DNA of 64,000 bases from assembly GCA_028534125.1 (NCBI GenBank), contig CM052817.1, positions 16,308,001-16,372,000 of the forward strand, given 5' to 3'. Made by a program: the position numbers and the translations under genes. This document shows positions 13,176 through 25,200 of the stretch, in pieces. The notes beneath the pieces were generated by a model, which was not told the DNA's origin, made no database searches, and saw only the letters and a list, made by a program, of their open reading frames with translations. The stretch's first letter is position 1. Every line of letters starts with the position of its first letter. Source of the stretch: Lama glama (taxonomy: Eukaryota).

Positions 13176-14782
13176 ACAGAAGAATCAGACCCAATTACAA
13201 GTGTCGTCTCTATGAAGACAATCTTAGGCTCTGTGGTGGTTTTCTATCAACAAACAAAAATGTGTTCAAAACTAGTTTCTAAATGCAGCTCTCCTCCCCA
13301 CAGAACTCTTTCCTACTTCTTCCAGACATCTCAGCATGGGATAGGCAGGGATGCTACAAGCAGAAAGGACTAGATTTTGACTGCCAACAGTAAAGTGCAC
13401 TGTCTCTAAAATTTAGACACTTTTCCCCTTCAAGGTAGCAGCAACCTGCCTGGCTTCCCTTGGTTGTTTTTTTTTTGTTTTGTTTTGTTTTCTTGTTTTG
13501 TTTTTTTTTTTTTTTTTGCCTTAAGGTTTGTTTACACTCAGCAGGAGGAAAGGTAAGGAGATAAAAGCAATGCAGAATGAATAAAGGAAGACAAGGCTAT
13601 AGCAAAACACAGAGAAGGCAAGATTAGAGAACGGAGCCCCAGGGAAGAAAGTTTACAAGTTAGCAACTGAGTAGATGGAAAGGGAGATTACACCTCGAAC
13701 ACAGTGGCCGGAAGGAAGAATCACTGGAGACAAAACCGCCACAGGCAAAGGTTACTTTCAATGCACAAATCTCCCAACCTGTGGATCAAGTCGCTGAAAT
13801 AATGAATTTAATTCTGAAGATTAGCATCTTTTGTCGGCTGGGAGCCCCACTGGTATTTCAGCTCAGACCTGCTGGGGGGTCAGTTAGAACAGGAGGCCAC
13901 AGGGAGCGGAAAGACATTTTGCATCCACATTTTCTTCTTTCCTCTGTTCACCTCCCAGCCCAAGGGGAAAGGAGAAAGATCCCAGGGCCGGTGTCAGCGT
14001 GAAAACACCCCTGACACTGCAGGCTCTGGAAAAGGCAGAAAAGTTGAGCTTTTTCTCTTTTTTTAATCTCCCAAAGTAATCTTATGAATAATAAAGAATG
14101 GCCAATTATTGAACTTTTTCTATAAGCCAGTCCCCAAACTGAATCCTTTCCACATGTTAACTTCTTTAATCCTTATAGCAACCCTTTGAGCTAAGTAATA
14201 TTATGGAGACTTTGAAGAGGTTTAGAGAGGTCAAATGACAGGGCTGGCAAGATGCTGGGGTTTCAACTCACAGTGATTTTATCAGCCTCCAAAGTCCACA
14301 CTCTAAAACCACCACAAGGCTCCATCTCCCACTAAGCGTCTGTTAAGAAAATGACCAGAGGGCACTAAATTCACCAAACACACACGGAGTGAATCCAAAC
14401 CGTGTCCCTTCTGGCAGTCAAAGGTACTTATTTCTACTAAATTATGGTAATTTTATTTGTAAACACATCTTTGAAACGCTGCATCTTACAAAGAGATTTC
14501 ATGTACATTTGTCTCACTGACTCCTGCCCAAAAGCTTAAGTAGGACCAGAAGGGAACCCTGAGCACCTTTAACCAGTATCTCTCCTCCCCTTCTCTCTTC
14601 TCTCCCAGATCAGTAGCAGACTTCATGCCTAGACACCTGACAGATAGGATAAACTTTAATTTGGGTCACTGTACCTCTAGGTTTGCTCACGACAGGTTTG
14701 GTTTAAGCCAGTGGTCCCTCTTTCACTCTCCAGAGTCGCCATGTGGATTGTCAATTATATAGTCACCCTTGCCAGAGTGATA

Positions 14783-14957
14783 AGTGATTCTCAGCCTCAG
14801 CTCTGCAACTGGATCACCTGGGATTATTTTTAAATACTGAGTCCTGACCCCAACCATGGAGATTCTGATTTAATTCGTTGGCAGTGAGGCCCAAGCATAG
14901 GCACTTTTTTAAAGCCCTCATGTATTTCAAATATGCACCTGCAGCTAAAAAGCACTC
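14783..14957. mobile_element. MER5-like hAT element
   Basis: AGTGATTCTCAGCC...ATCACCTGGG...GAGATTCTGATTTAATT. Confidence 0.75.
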
Positions 14958-14959
14958 CA

Positions 14960-15302
14960 TCAGCTTCAAGCCAAAGTTGTTGGGTGTAACTTCTGGAAAA
15001 ATTCTTTTAAGCTATTTAAAAGGAGCTTACTCAGCTAGGAGGAGGTGGCCTTGTGCCCTTCCTTCTTCTCGCTGGGAATGTTGACATGACAGCTGGAGCT
15101 CAAGCAGTCATTTTGGTCTGTGAGGCTACCTTGGAGTAGAAAACCACGCACCAAGAGGGAAAACAGAGTAGAATCTGGGGTCAATGACAGCTGTAGCATG
15201 GTGGACTATCAATATAAACTTTATCTACAAGGAAGAAAAATAAATTTGTTTTTCAAGCTACCATATCAAATGTCTGTTACCTACAGCCAAATGCAATTCT
15301 TA
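14960..15302 (+). mobile_element. MLT1J/K-like LTR fragment
   Basis: GACAGCTGGAGCTCAAGCAGTCATTTTG...TCTGTTACCTACAGCCAAATGCAATTCTTAA. Confidence 0.65.
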
Positions 15303-15699
15303 AGCAATATAATAGGCATCGTAATGTTACAAATGAGAAAAGTTGCCCAGAGTCACACAGTTTATAAGTAACAGAAGTCAAATGTTCTTACTCCAGTCCT
15401 ATGACCTTTGTGCTAGAGGGAATGGGGCAGAAAATATTTCAGGCACAGAGAAAAAGGGTTCTCACTTACAAAAGTGTATCTTTCCAGACAACTCTACTGA
15501 AATTCTGACCGGCTATAATTTCGTCCCATTCATATGTGTTGTCAGAACATTGAACAAGAAGATTTGACAAGCAGCAGCTATTATGAGTACATATAAAATT
15601 TGTTTTGCTTTAAGAACAGTGAGCCTTTAAAATCTCCTTTACACTGTGGTTATATTTCTGATAAATTTATGTAAAATTTATTAAATCCCAAGTTCTTTT

Positions 15700-17060
15700 A
15701 TTTACTCAACAAATGCCTTCTGAGAGCCTAATACGGGAGTGATACTTATTTTATAGGAAAAGGGTTTGAGAAAGGGCTTACAGGGATTTAAGATATATGT
15801 TCCTACCCATAAGGAGTTGAAAATCTCAGTGGGACTTAACATGCAAATAAGACACTTTAAGACTGCCCACAAAGAGTTGTGGTTAACCAAAGAAGGACAA
15901 GATCACCTTTGGCTTAAGGAATCAGGGAAGGTTTCATGGAAGAGGTGGCATTCATGTTTTAAGCTCTCAAAAGGCCAATGGGAGTTCAAGATTTGCAGAT
16001 ACTAACTACTATATATAAAACAGATGAACAACAAGTTTCTACTGTATAGCACAGGGAACTATATTCAATATCTTGTAGTAACCTATAATAAAAAAAGACT
16101 ATGAAAAGGAAAAAATTATATGTGAAATGATGGATATAATTAAACTTATGTGGTAATCATTTTGCAACATATACATATATCAAATCACTATGCTGTATAC
16201 CTTATATATATGTTACATGTATATAACAAATACAATGTCATATGCCAATTTTATCACAGTAAAACAGGAAAAAAAATTTTTATAAAGGTCAATGGGGAAC
16301 TCACCTGATCAAGGCTCAGAGCCAGGTATAAGCTGGGTATGTTAACAAGAGGTCTATTTGGACTGAAACTCAATGTCTACGCTAGAGAAAGAGGGTAGGT
16401 GAGGCTAGGAAGGTAGTTTAGGGTCAAATTACAAAAAGTCTTGAAAGCCAGGTTAATAGTCTTGGAATCTGTTCAGTAGAGAATGTGGGTCAGAGCAGGG
16501 ACCTTGGTAGATTAATTCACCAAGCTCAGGCAAGAGGAACTGGCCAGGGAGAGAAGAGAGGCAGTGGGACAAAGGGAGAGGCCGCGGCCACAGTCCGGGC
16601 AGGAGGCAAGGAGCGTCTGAATTAGGGCAGAGGTAGCAGGAATGCAGAGGGAGGCCAAGTGCCAGAAACAGAACTGCCTGGTCTCGGCAAGATGTGGGAG
16701 ATTAGATAAAGGCAGGGAGGAATTGGGTGGTCAAGGTTCCAGCCTGAGGAAACGAGTGGCTCTCGTTAACAGTGCTGGTTCCAGGAACCCTAAGTGCTAA
16801 CCGTCGGTGGGAAGTACAGAACCTGCCTGTCACAGAGACATCACAGGTGGAGTTTCAAACGGGGGGGGGGGGCAGGGGGGAGGGGGGATTTGTCTGGAAG
16901 TGGTAGATGAAGCTATTAAAACAGGGAAATAGTAGGGAGAAAAGAAATGTGAAGATGGAAACTCGAGTAATATCGACAATGGGTAGAAGACGGAGGAAGG
17001 AGGTAGGGAGGAGATCAGAGAATGAAAGAAACTAAGGAAATACAACGTCATAGAAGAAAA
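15700..17060 (-). mobile_element. Degraded L2 (interrupted by the composite L1)
   Basis: TTTACTCAACAAATG...ATCAGGGAAGGTTTCATGGAAGAGGTGGCATT and purine-rich L2 antisense texture. Confidence 0.6.
15983..16283 (+). mobile_element. Composite L1 insertion: camelid-type L1 3' UTR piece joined to an L1MA9-like terminus, inside an L2
   Basis: TSD AAAGG(C/T)CAATGGG at 15970-15982 and 16284-16296; sequence type changes near 16115. Confidence 0.75.
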
Positions 17061-17389
17061 AGAAGAAAGGATTTAAAGAAAGAATCATACTAATAGTGTT
17101 AAAACAGTAAAATAACTTGATCTGTCTTCAGTTTGACTTTCTTTTTCCGGGGGGGGTGACAGCTCTGCTGCTGGATGACCCCAACACAGTCCACAAATTC
17201 CTCTCTTTCTGTAGAAGTGAGTAGCCACAGCCACCAGACAAGGTCAGTGGCCTCCACTGACGTAACAGGAAAAGAGCTCATTTGGGACCTAACAGCCCTG
17301 AAATCTGGTCCAAGTTCTGCCTCTCGGATAAATTACATAACCTCTCGGGGTCTCCGTAGATTCATCTATAAAATGATGGGTCAGGATCA

Positions 17390-17600
17390 ATTGCACAAAG
17401 ATATATCATCAAGGGTGTTCATTGTAGTATTGCTTTATTATAGTAAAATTCTGGAAACAACGCAAAGGTCCAACAATAAGGGACTGGTTAAATAAATTAT
17501 GGTCTGTTCATCTAGCAGATCACTTTGTAGCCATTAAAAGTTATGATATAGAAATAATGTATTGACACATAAAGATGTCTACAGTATATTAAACAATGCA
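17390..17600 (+). mobile_element. L1ME-like fragment
   Basis: CAAGGGTGTTCATTGTAG...CTGGAAACAAC...GACTGGTTAAATAAATTATGG. Confidence 0.7.
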
Positions 17601-18782
17601 ATGGGAAGTGAGCTGGACATTCTCTCCAACTTTACGCTCCATTATCGAGCCATCCCCTAAGCACCAAGACACAGTGCTGGAGCCCAACAGACCTAATTCT
17701 AATTAGAGATCTTAAAAGCGTTAGAACTGAGGCTAGGTACTTAATCTATCCACACCACCATTTCTTTATGTTGCCAAAGAAGGGTGATAATATCCATTTC
17801 AAAAACCCATTCTAAAAATTAAACAATTATACAAAGGCGTCTGACACAAGACCTGGCACTTACTAGCTCAGTAAACATAGCTATTATCATTTCATTATGA
17901 ATCCCAACATTTGCTGCTTTAATTGCCAATATAACCTGAGCAAATTTTTCTTCAAGTCGTTCGATAGCAAATTTTATTTCACCAGGCACTTTTAACAATT
18001 CTGATCAATACCACATCTTTTGCTATTTAGGAAATAGTTTTGCCAATTCTTTCTATTGCCAGAATTCTTATATTTAGAGAGCAACTTGGGTTGTGTTATT
18101 CACTTTTCACTCTTTGACACTCCTACTAGACTCTTCCTCGGTTTCCTTTCTTCTCTGGGGTAATAGTGGGGTGTCTAGATTTCAAATACTTGGCTTCTGT
18201 TGGAAAAGGAAAAACAAAAAAATATATATATTCTTTTGGACAATGATTTCTTTTCCCTAGTGGTTAAAAACAGAGAGAAAAGAGCTAAAAGAGGAGGCTG
18301 GTATAAAAAGAGATGCTGTGAGACTTACCATTGTCCAGAAGTTGGGTCGTCTCTACTAAAGGAACACTTTCCACAGCCCCCTGGAGCAGATAAACACCAA
18401 AGAAAAGGGCATTCCTTGTCACTCAGAGGCCATCGGTCAGGACACCATCTGTACTCAGTGCAACAGACCATCCTGCTTAGAAACCATGGAAGTGTGATAT
18501 TTCCCTCCACTTCCTACTCCCCAACACCAATCTCTAACAAATCTTCAACTGCATACATACGGGTGCGTGTGTTACATACAGCACAAACACAGGAAACAAT
18601 GCATCCTAATCAAAAAATCCTCTCCCATTTCAGCAGCATCCTAGATACACAAAGGATGCAGGAGAATCCAAAGAGCCCTACTCCAGAGAAGCCAAGGCTA
18701 TTCTCTCCCAGTTCCAGCCTCGGAGAACTTCCTTAATGCCACAGCCAAACTATGTAACTGTGACCACACTTCCTTGTGGCTG

Positions 18783-18801
18783 CAGCGCCACCTAGCGGCC
18801 A
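18783..18801 (-). promoter_or_regulatory. CTCF binding motif
   Basis: Minus strand reads TGGCCGCTAGGTGGCGCTG, very close to the 19-bp CTCF core consensus; both CpGs retained. Confidence 0.8.
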
Positions 18802-19723
18802 GGTGAGCCAGGCGTGCACTCATTCTCATCAGTGTGAAAAAGCAACTTCCGTCTTTTTCAAAGAGAAACAAAAGTGGCTGCTACACATGATGGCTAGAAT
18901 TAGGAATCACCAGGGTTCTATCGTATTCATTATTTCCTGATTATAATCACATCCAAATCACTGGGATGAGACAAGAGAACAGAAAAGTCCTGCTAGCATT
19001 AGATTTTCATGTCCAAATGCATCCTCATACAAACTCACAAACTTGCACCAATATTTAGTCTAAATCCCGGCATCTTTGTGGCCTTTAAAGCCTTCAAGAC
19101 CTGCAATTATATACATAAAAATCTTTTTCAAACAAAAAGGAAGATGAAAAATAGGTCTCTAAAGACCTGTAATGAGATTCCTCTTTCTCTTTTCTACAAA
19201 TTACTCTGTTGCCTGCTGACAATTCTGATGCCATCAGGACCTGACAACTGAATTGCAACTTTATCCTGCATAGAATGACCAAAAACACGCCTGCACATTG
19301 TAAAGATGGCAGTTTAACAAATAAAATTTGTTTGGGTCTTATCCTGGGGGTATGCTACCTAATTCAGTTCATTTTTAAACCCAAATTATTCTGGTTAATA
19401 GTCTGGTGGAGTTCAGAACAGAATGTGTGCGGTGCCGCTAAATATTCCATATTAAAAATAGTTTGTGATGGGATATGCTTTTTTTAATTAAAAGTTTAAT
19501 TGTACATTAACATTTTTAGATGAAAAACTGACAATCTGAGGACAGTTCTAAATTCTCCTTTGATTATTCTTCCCGAGCATCGAAGACATGACAGAGCTAC
19601 ATAAATAAGCTAACAGTAAAGTTCTCCAAAAGATTATTTTCTGTCCTATCACCAATGCTCCTCTTTATAACCCGCCAGTGGTTTTCTGGTGCAGAAATGG
19701 ATCATGTAAAAACAGCTGGCTGG

Positions 19724-20106
19724 CATTTGCAGCAACATGGATGAACCTGGAGATTGTCATTCTAAATGAAGTAAGCCAGAAAAAGAAAGAAAAATGCCAT
19801 ACAATAGCACTTTACATGTGGAATCTTAAAAAAAAAAAAAAAAGACACAAATGAACTTATCTACAAGACAGAAAGACTCCCAAACATACAGAACATGTTT
19901 ATGGTTACCAGTGGGTAAAGGGAGTGGGAAAGGATAAATTAGGAATTCAAAAATTGCACCTCTTGGGGAGTGATAGAAATGTTAGCTATCTTGATTGTGG
20001 TAGTGGTTTCATTGGTGTAGACACCTATCAAAATCCAACAAATTGTACATTTGAAATATGTATAGTTTACTGTACAGGAACCATACCACAATAAATACAT
20101 TTTTAG
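19724..20106 (+). mobile_element. Composite L1 insertion: camelid-type L1 3' region joined to an old L1MB/MC-like terminus
   Basis: TSD AAAAAC(A/C)GCTGGCTGG at 19708-19723 and 20107-20122; junction near 19958; AATAAA at 20090-20095. Confidence 0.8.
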
Positions 20107-20332
20107 AAAAACCGCTGGCTGGGACTCCAAGTCACAAGAATTTGCTTTAATTTCTGGCCCACACCTCCTGGTCAGGCCAACTTACTCACTTGTCCCCTGC
20201 TGAGACCTACTGCAGACCAAAATCTAAGCAGGACACGGTACTGCTCTCCTGCATCCTTTCTGCACTAACCAGCATCCCCTCTACCCCACCACTCAAATGG
20301 CCTTGCACTGGCCCCTTGCTGTTGGACCAGGA

Positions 20333-20524
20333 TAGGGTTGCCAGACTTAGCACAAACATACACACACACACACAAAAGGTGAGACACCCAGTTAAATTTG
20401 AATTTCAGATAAACAACAAATAAATTTTAGCATCAGTATGTCCCCAATATTGCATAGGACATACTTATACTAAGAAAGTTGTGTTGTTTACCTTAAGGTC
20501 AAATTTAATGGGCGTTCTGTATTT
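20333..20524. mobile_element. MER53 palindromic MITE
   Basis: TAGGGTTGCCAGACTTAGCA...CCCAGTTAAATTTGAATTTCAGATAAACAAC...GGACATACTTATACTAA. Confidence 0.88.
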
Positions 20525-20856
20525 GATCCAAAAGCCGCAGCTTAGAAGCCCTCTTGGGGTGTCACATGGTGACTTGGTCTTCAATACAACCATCTTTTTC
20601 CCAGCTGCCCCTCAGCCACTGCCTCCACAATGAAGACCACCTGTGTACATCCTTTTACGACACCTAAGTGAACAGTCATCAAATCAGAGAGACTAATGTT
20701 AAGCTGTCTTACTTGTTACTGACAACAGCCTTAGTCAATAGTTCCCAAAACTTGGTGTGCACACAATTAGTAGGACATGACTGAATTCTTTCGTTATTGT
20801 TTCATTTTCCTTGTACTTATTTTTTGGTGATCCCTTATTAACAACACATACTGAGA

Positions 20857-20987
20857 GGGGAGGGTAGAGCTCAGCGGCAGAGCACATGCTTAGCATGCAC
20901 AAGGTCCTGGGTTCAAAGCCCAGTACCTTCATTAAAATAAACAAACAAACAAACAAACAAACCCAATTACCTCCCCTTCCCAAAAAA
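20857..20987 (+). mobile_element. Camelid tRNA-derived SINE (vic-1 type), nested in a hAT-like fragment (about 20735-21170)
   Basis: GGGGAGGGTAGAGCTCAGCGGCAGAGCACATGCTTAGCATGCACAAGGTCCTGGGTTCAA, (AAAC)n, AATTACCTCCCC tail. Confidence 0.9.
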
Positions 20988-21179
20988 TACATGCTACTGC
21001 TTTCCCATTTATGGTAGTGATATAGAGTTCCTTTAAAAATTAGGTGTTTTGGGGTTTTTTTTAAGGTAAATCAATATAAGGAAAAAAAGTAAATAAACAA
21101 TAGTGCAGTTGCTACTCAGACTAAGCAACATCATGACAGTGGCACCAAAAGGACCGACATTTGGGAAACAATGACATAA

Positions 21180-21388
21180 AGGCCACAGGCCAAATCCGGC
21201 CCACTGCTCATTTTTATAAATAAAGTTTTATTGGGACATAGCTGCCACCATTCAATTATGTATTGCCTATAGCTGCTTTCATACAACAACAGCAGAGTTG
21301 AGGAGCTGCAAAAGAGACCAGATGACTCACAAGGCCCAAAATATTTATTCTCTGGCCCTTTCTCCAAAAAAAGTTTGCTGACCCTTGA
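21180..21388 (+). mobile_element. MER58A
   Basis: GGCCAAATCCGGCCCACTG...AAATAAAGTTTTATTGG...AAAGTTTGCTGACCCTTG. Confidence 0.88.
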
Positions 21389-22147
21389 CCTAAATTATCA
21401 CTCATCTGAGAGAGTCAAAGGAAAAGATAGAACTTTGGAAGTCCCCATGACAGAGATATTTTTGGACAGGTTGAAATTATGACACAATACAGCCTAAAGC
21501 CAGCATGGTCCCCCATTTCCCATTTCAGATTCTTTTTATTAACCTCCTTTTCATGCCTGCATCTGCCAAGACTTTCCATCTTTCATTCTCACACGAAGAT
21601 TCAGAATAATATCTGCTTCTTCCAGTAAGCCTTCCCTTATTAACTCAGAGTCACCTACACCGTGAACTTGGTAAATGAAATATACCAATATGCCTTTTAT
21701 AAAGTTCTCCTTAAAAAATACAAAAAGGAAAAAAAAAGCCATCTGTTCTTATAGGGAACTATGACTGTATAAGGCAAATCCTTTTTAATAACTCAACAAC
21801 TCAATACTTTAGTACAGAATATGTTAAAGTTAGCATAAATAGGTAATACAGTAACTTCCATAATCATGCACAAATTACTTCTGTAACAATGGGTAGGCTC
21901 TGGAAATAAAGCTTTAATCAGCTGCAAACATCTGAGTAAGCATAATTGCACCCCACTAGTTAAGCATCCTTAAGCATGATCGCATTCTGATCTGACAGGT
22001 CAGCAGTATTGCAGCATCTTAAGCCAATTCACTAAGATGAGAACTCATAGATACCTCAGGTTTAAAATAAAATTAAAACACAGCCCCTATTGTGCCATTA
22101 CAGACATTGAACATTTCTAGAAAGTTTCCCAGCCTTGGAAAACATCA

Positions 22148-22162
22148 CACAGATAGACGGAC

Positions 22163-22223
<61 letters not shown>

Positions 22224-22233
22224 CACAGACAGA
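22148..22233 (+). repeat. Compound (GATA)n/(GACA)n microsatellite
   Basis: Direct inspection. Confidence 0.95.
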
Positions 22234-25200
22234 TATTTGAATTCCAGTTCAATGTCATCTCCTCGATAAACCTTTCCATGCTGGCCCAGAAAACATCTGT
22301 TGCCCTTCCCTCTGAATATCTATTGACTCTGGTGGTTCATGAAAGTCCAGTAGTCACCAGCTTGCCATAACTGTGGACCTGGTGATGAGTCGGTGACTAG
22401 TTGCCTCTAAATCAAGGCCTCTGTTTGACTTGCTTTCTCCAGTGCCTAACACACGCTAAGGCTTGTTAAGTCTTGGCTAAAAGAAGGGATGAAACCCTCA
22501 AAGCTGTTCCAAGAGATCCAAGGAGATCATGACCACAAGTTTCTACTAAGCTAGCAGAATAAAACAAAACTAAGGAAATATTTCTGTGCTAACCAAAGAA
22601 ACATTCTGTTTGTAACCCAGCTTGGTTAACAAGTTATGGCTATCAGGGCAAGATACACAATGAGTCATGTTGAGGGAGCGGTGGATCAAGGACCTCTAGC
22701 CTTTCCCTTTCTCTACACTTTCTCTCCCTGCCCAGTTCTTATCATCAGCCTTTGCTGCTCCTTTTTCTCTTAGAAAATAAGCCAGTATCAGTCATTTACA
22801 CATTAGTCTGAACAAGATATTTAGTTACCTCTCCCAGCCTCAGTTCTAACAGAGGCGGTAGAATTATGATCCCAAATTAAAAGAACTGCAAACATGCAAC
22901 AGGCCAAAGAAAATTTAAACACAACCCAACTCTGCCTGCAAGTCAAGCTTGTTCAGGTGGAATGTTACCTTGGCTCAACTAGAGATGCACAAAACAGGGC
23001 AGCGATGGTGGGGATTGAAATAGATACAATGATTATTTTTAGTATCCTCCCCAGATCTTAGAGTCACTTTATTTCAGAACATAATAATATATTATTTGAA
23101 ACTATCTGGTATATGTATAGAAGTAGAGATCTTTGGCAGAAACGAAAAACTTCAAGGAGAGTTTTCTTGCATTCATGAAAAAGACAAAAACATCCTGAAA
23201 AATGTTTTATTTTCTATTTGACCTTTTTTTTTTAGCCTTTACCCATCTATAGCTGGCATTTTTATTTGGGTATTTTGGGTGGAGACTCACTGATTATGCC
23301 AAATAGGAAAGGGAGGGGGAAAAAATCTAAGAAAGAGGAGTGCTGGCTGGGCAAACTGTTTAAGTAACCACCTAGTAACAGGGAAACGAAAGAAATGTTC
23401 AATCCAGAGGGAACTATATGCCACGTGTTCCAGTGCCCACCCCAGTTAGAATGCCACAATCCCAAGGAAGAAGTGCTATAAAAAGCATAATTTGAGTATC
23501 ATCTCTCATCATTCAATATAGTTTTCCAACCCTTTCAAAATTACATTGAAAAATCTATATAATGTGCGCTTAGATTAATGAACTGTTTGAATCTGGATCA
23601 ATAAGCACTCGAGGCCCTGTGCCGGTGACACCTGCTGGGAGCATCTAGAAGAATGCTTCGTGGAGGGCAGAGCCAGCCGGCACTCTGTAGCTACAGGGGT
23701 TCCACTTCATAGACAAGCAATCTAATATATGACCTCTGCCGATTAATTTCCTGAGAGCAAGTAAATAATCTGGATTCAAAATTTCCCTGATTATGCATAT
23801 AATTACAGTATCACTTACCAATTAACACATTGATTTAAACCTTCTCGGGATTAGGTATTTAAGAGCATAAAAGAGATCTTCTGTCATCATCCCAACACTC
23901 AAAAATGCTCCAGTTTAGCAAAGAATCCTGGGGAGCGTAACTTCCCACCCATCTGATTTCCCTTACGGAAGAAAAAACTACGATGGTTAAGATTATAAAT
24001 GATACCTTAAAGATCACAGACCATAATTATTGTCTCAATAACTGGACCACAATGACACCCATTAGCAAAGGTTTGTACATGACATAATAACAAAGTCCTG
24101 GGGAAACTTCATCATCGCCTGAAATATTTCTGTAGAACCAGAGATTTATAAAACTGCTTCTCTAGCTCGGATTACTATTATTTTTTAATTTACTGCAGCA
24201 ACTAGGGTATAATTTATCCACCATTAGACAGTTACATAAATAGACAAAGATATATAGTGGAGATTCTTCTCTACTTTAGACAAGTATAATAATTAATGTT
24301 AGTTTGTTGTTCCTTATTCCTACATAAAATTTCCCATTAAAAATGTTAATATAACCCTTCCTAAGGCCACATAGCGATGGGGGAAAAAAGATACAGATGA
24401 AACTGCTGCATAGCATGCATACATATGTAAGAGAAGTTAAAAATAATAAATCAACATGGCAAATATAATGAAGCCTGCTGTCCAACAGTAAAAGCTGTCA
24501 AAATGAGGTTTTATTATTAAGACCTCTACATCCAACTGTTCGGCTGAATAAAATCTTTCACATCACTTGCGTATTTTCAGGGAAAGAACTCACATCTGGG
24601 ATCAAATTGTCATGGTGCCGAGCTGCCGACTCCTTCCCCTTGTATTACTTTCTGAATAATTATTTGAACCTCCACAGAAAATGAACGTTGACTGAGGCTA
24701 ACCACAAAATAACGAGCTTTTACATGCAGAAAAGCCACTCCGTGGTGTTTCCTCTAACAGCAAGTATTTCAAAAAGGAATGTTTAAGCATTGGAAAAATA
24801 AAGATCTCACTGGTTCAAACTCCAGAATGACTGTTTTCTCAGTAAGATCAACGCAAACAATCATAAATACTATTTAAAATTACCACTCAGGGGAAACACA
24901 GCCCGTTGACTTTCGACTCCATTCTTACTCCTTCTCATAGAGAAGTAAAGCCCCTCATAATAATGCTATAGCATTCCAGAATATATAACATTGACATTGT
25001 GGTTATTTCGGATTCATCACGGCTAATTATACAGAAAGAGCAAGAAAATAAATCCAACCCCTCCTCTAACCTTAATCCCTAACTTAAAGGAGGAGGAAAA
25101 AGGACTTCGTAGAATGAGAAGTCCCAAGTGCCAATTCAAAATAATAGGAACGTTTCAAATAAACTTCAATCCCCTTAACAGCGTAAGAACAAAAACAGCA

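Noticed and set aside
16861..16887. G-run / G-quadruplex-like tract
   Set aside because: Simple homopolymer expansion inside an L2, possibly assembly-sensitive.
18200..18736. 178-aa ORF
   Set aside because: Non-ATG start, no recognisable homology or exon signals.
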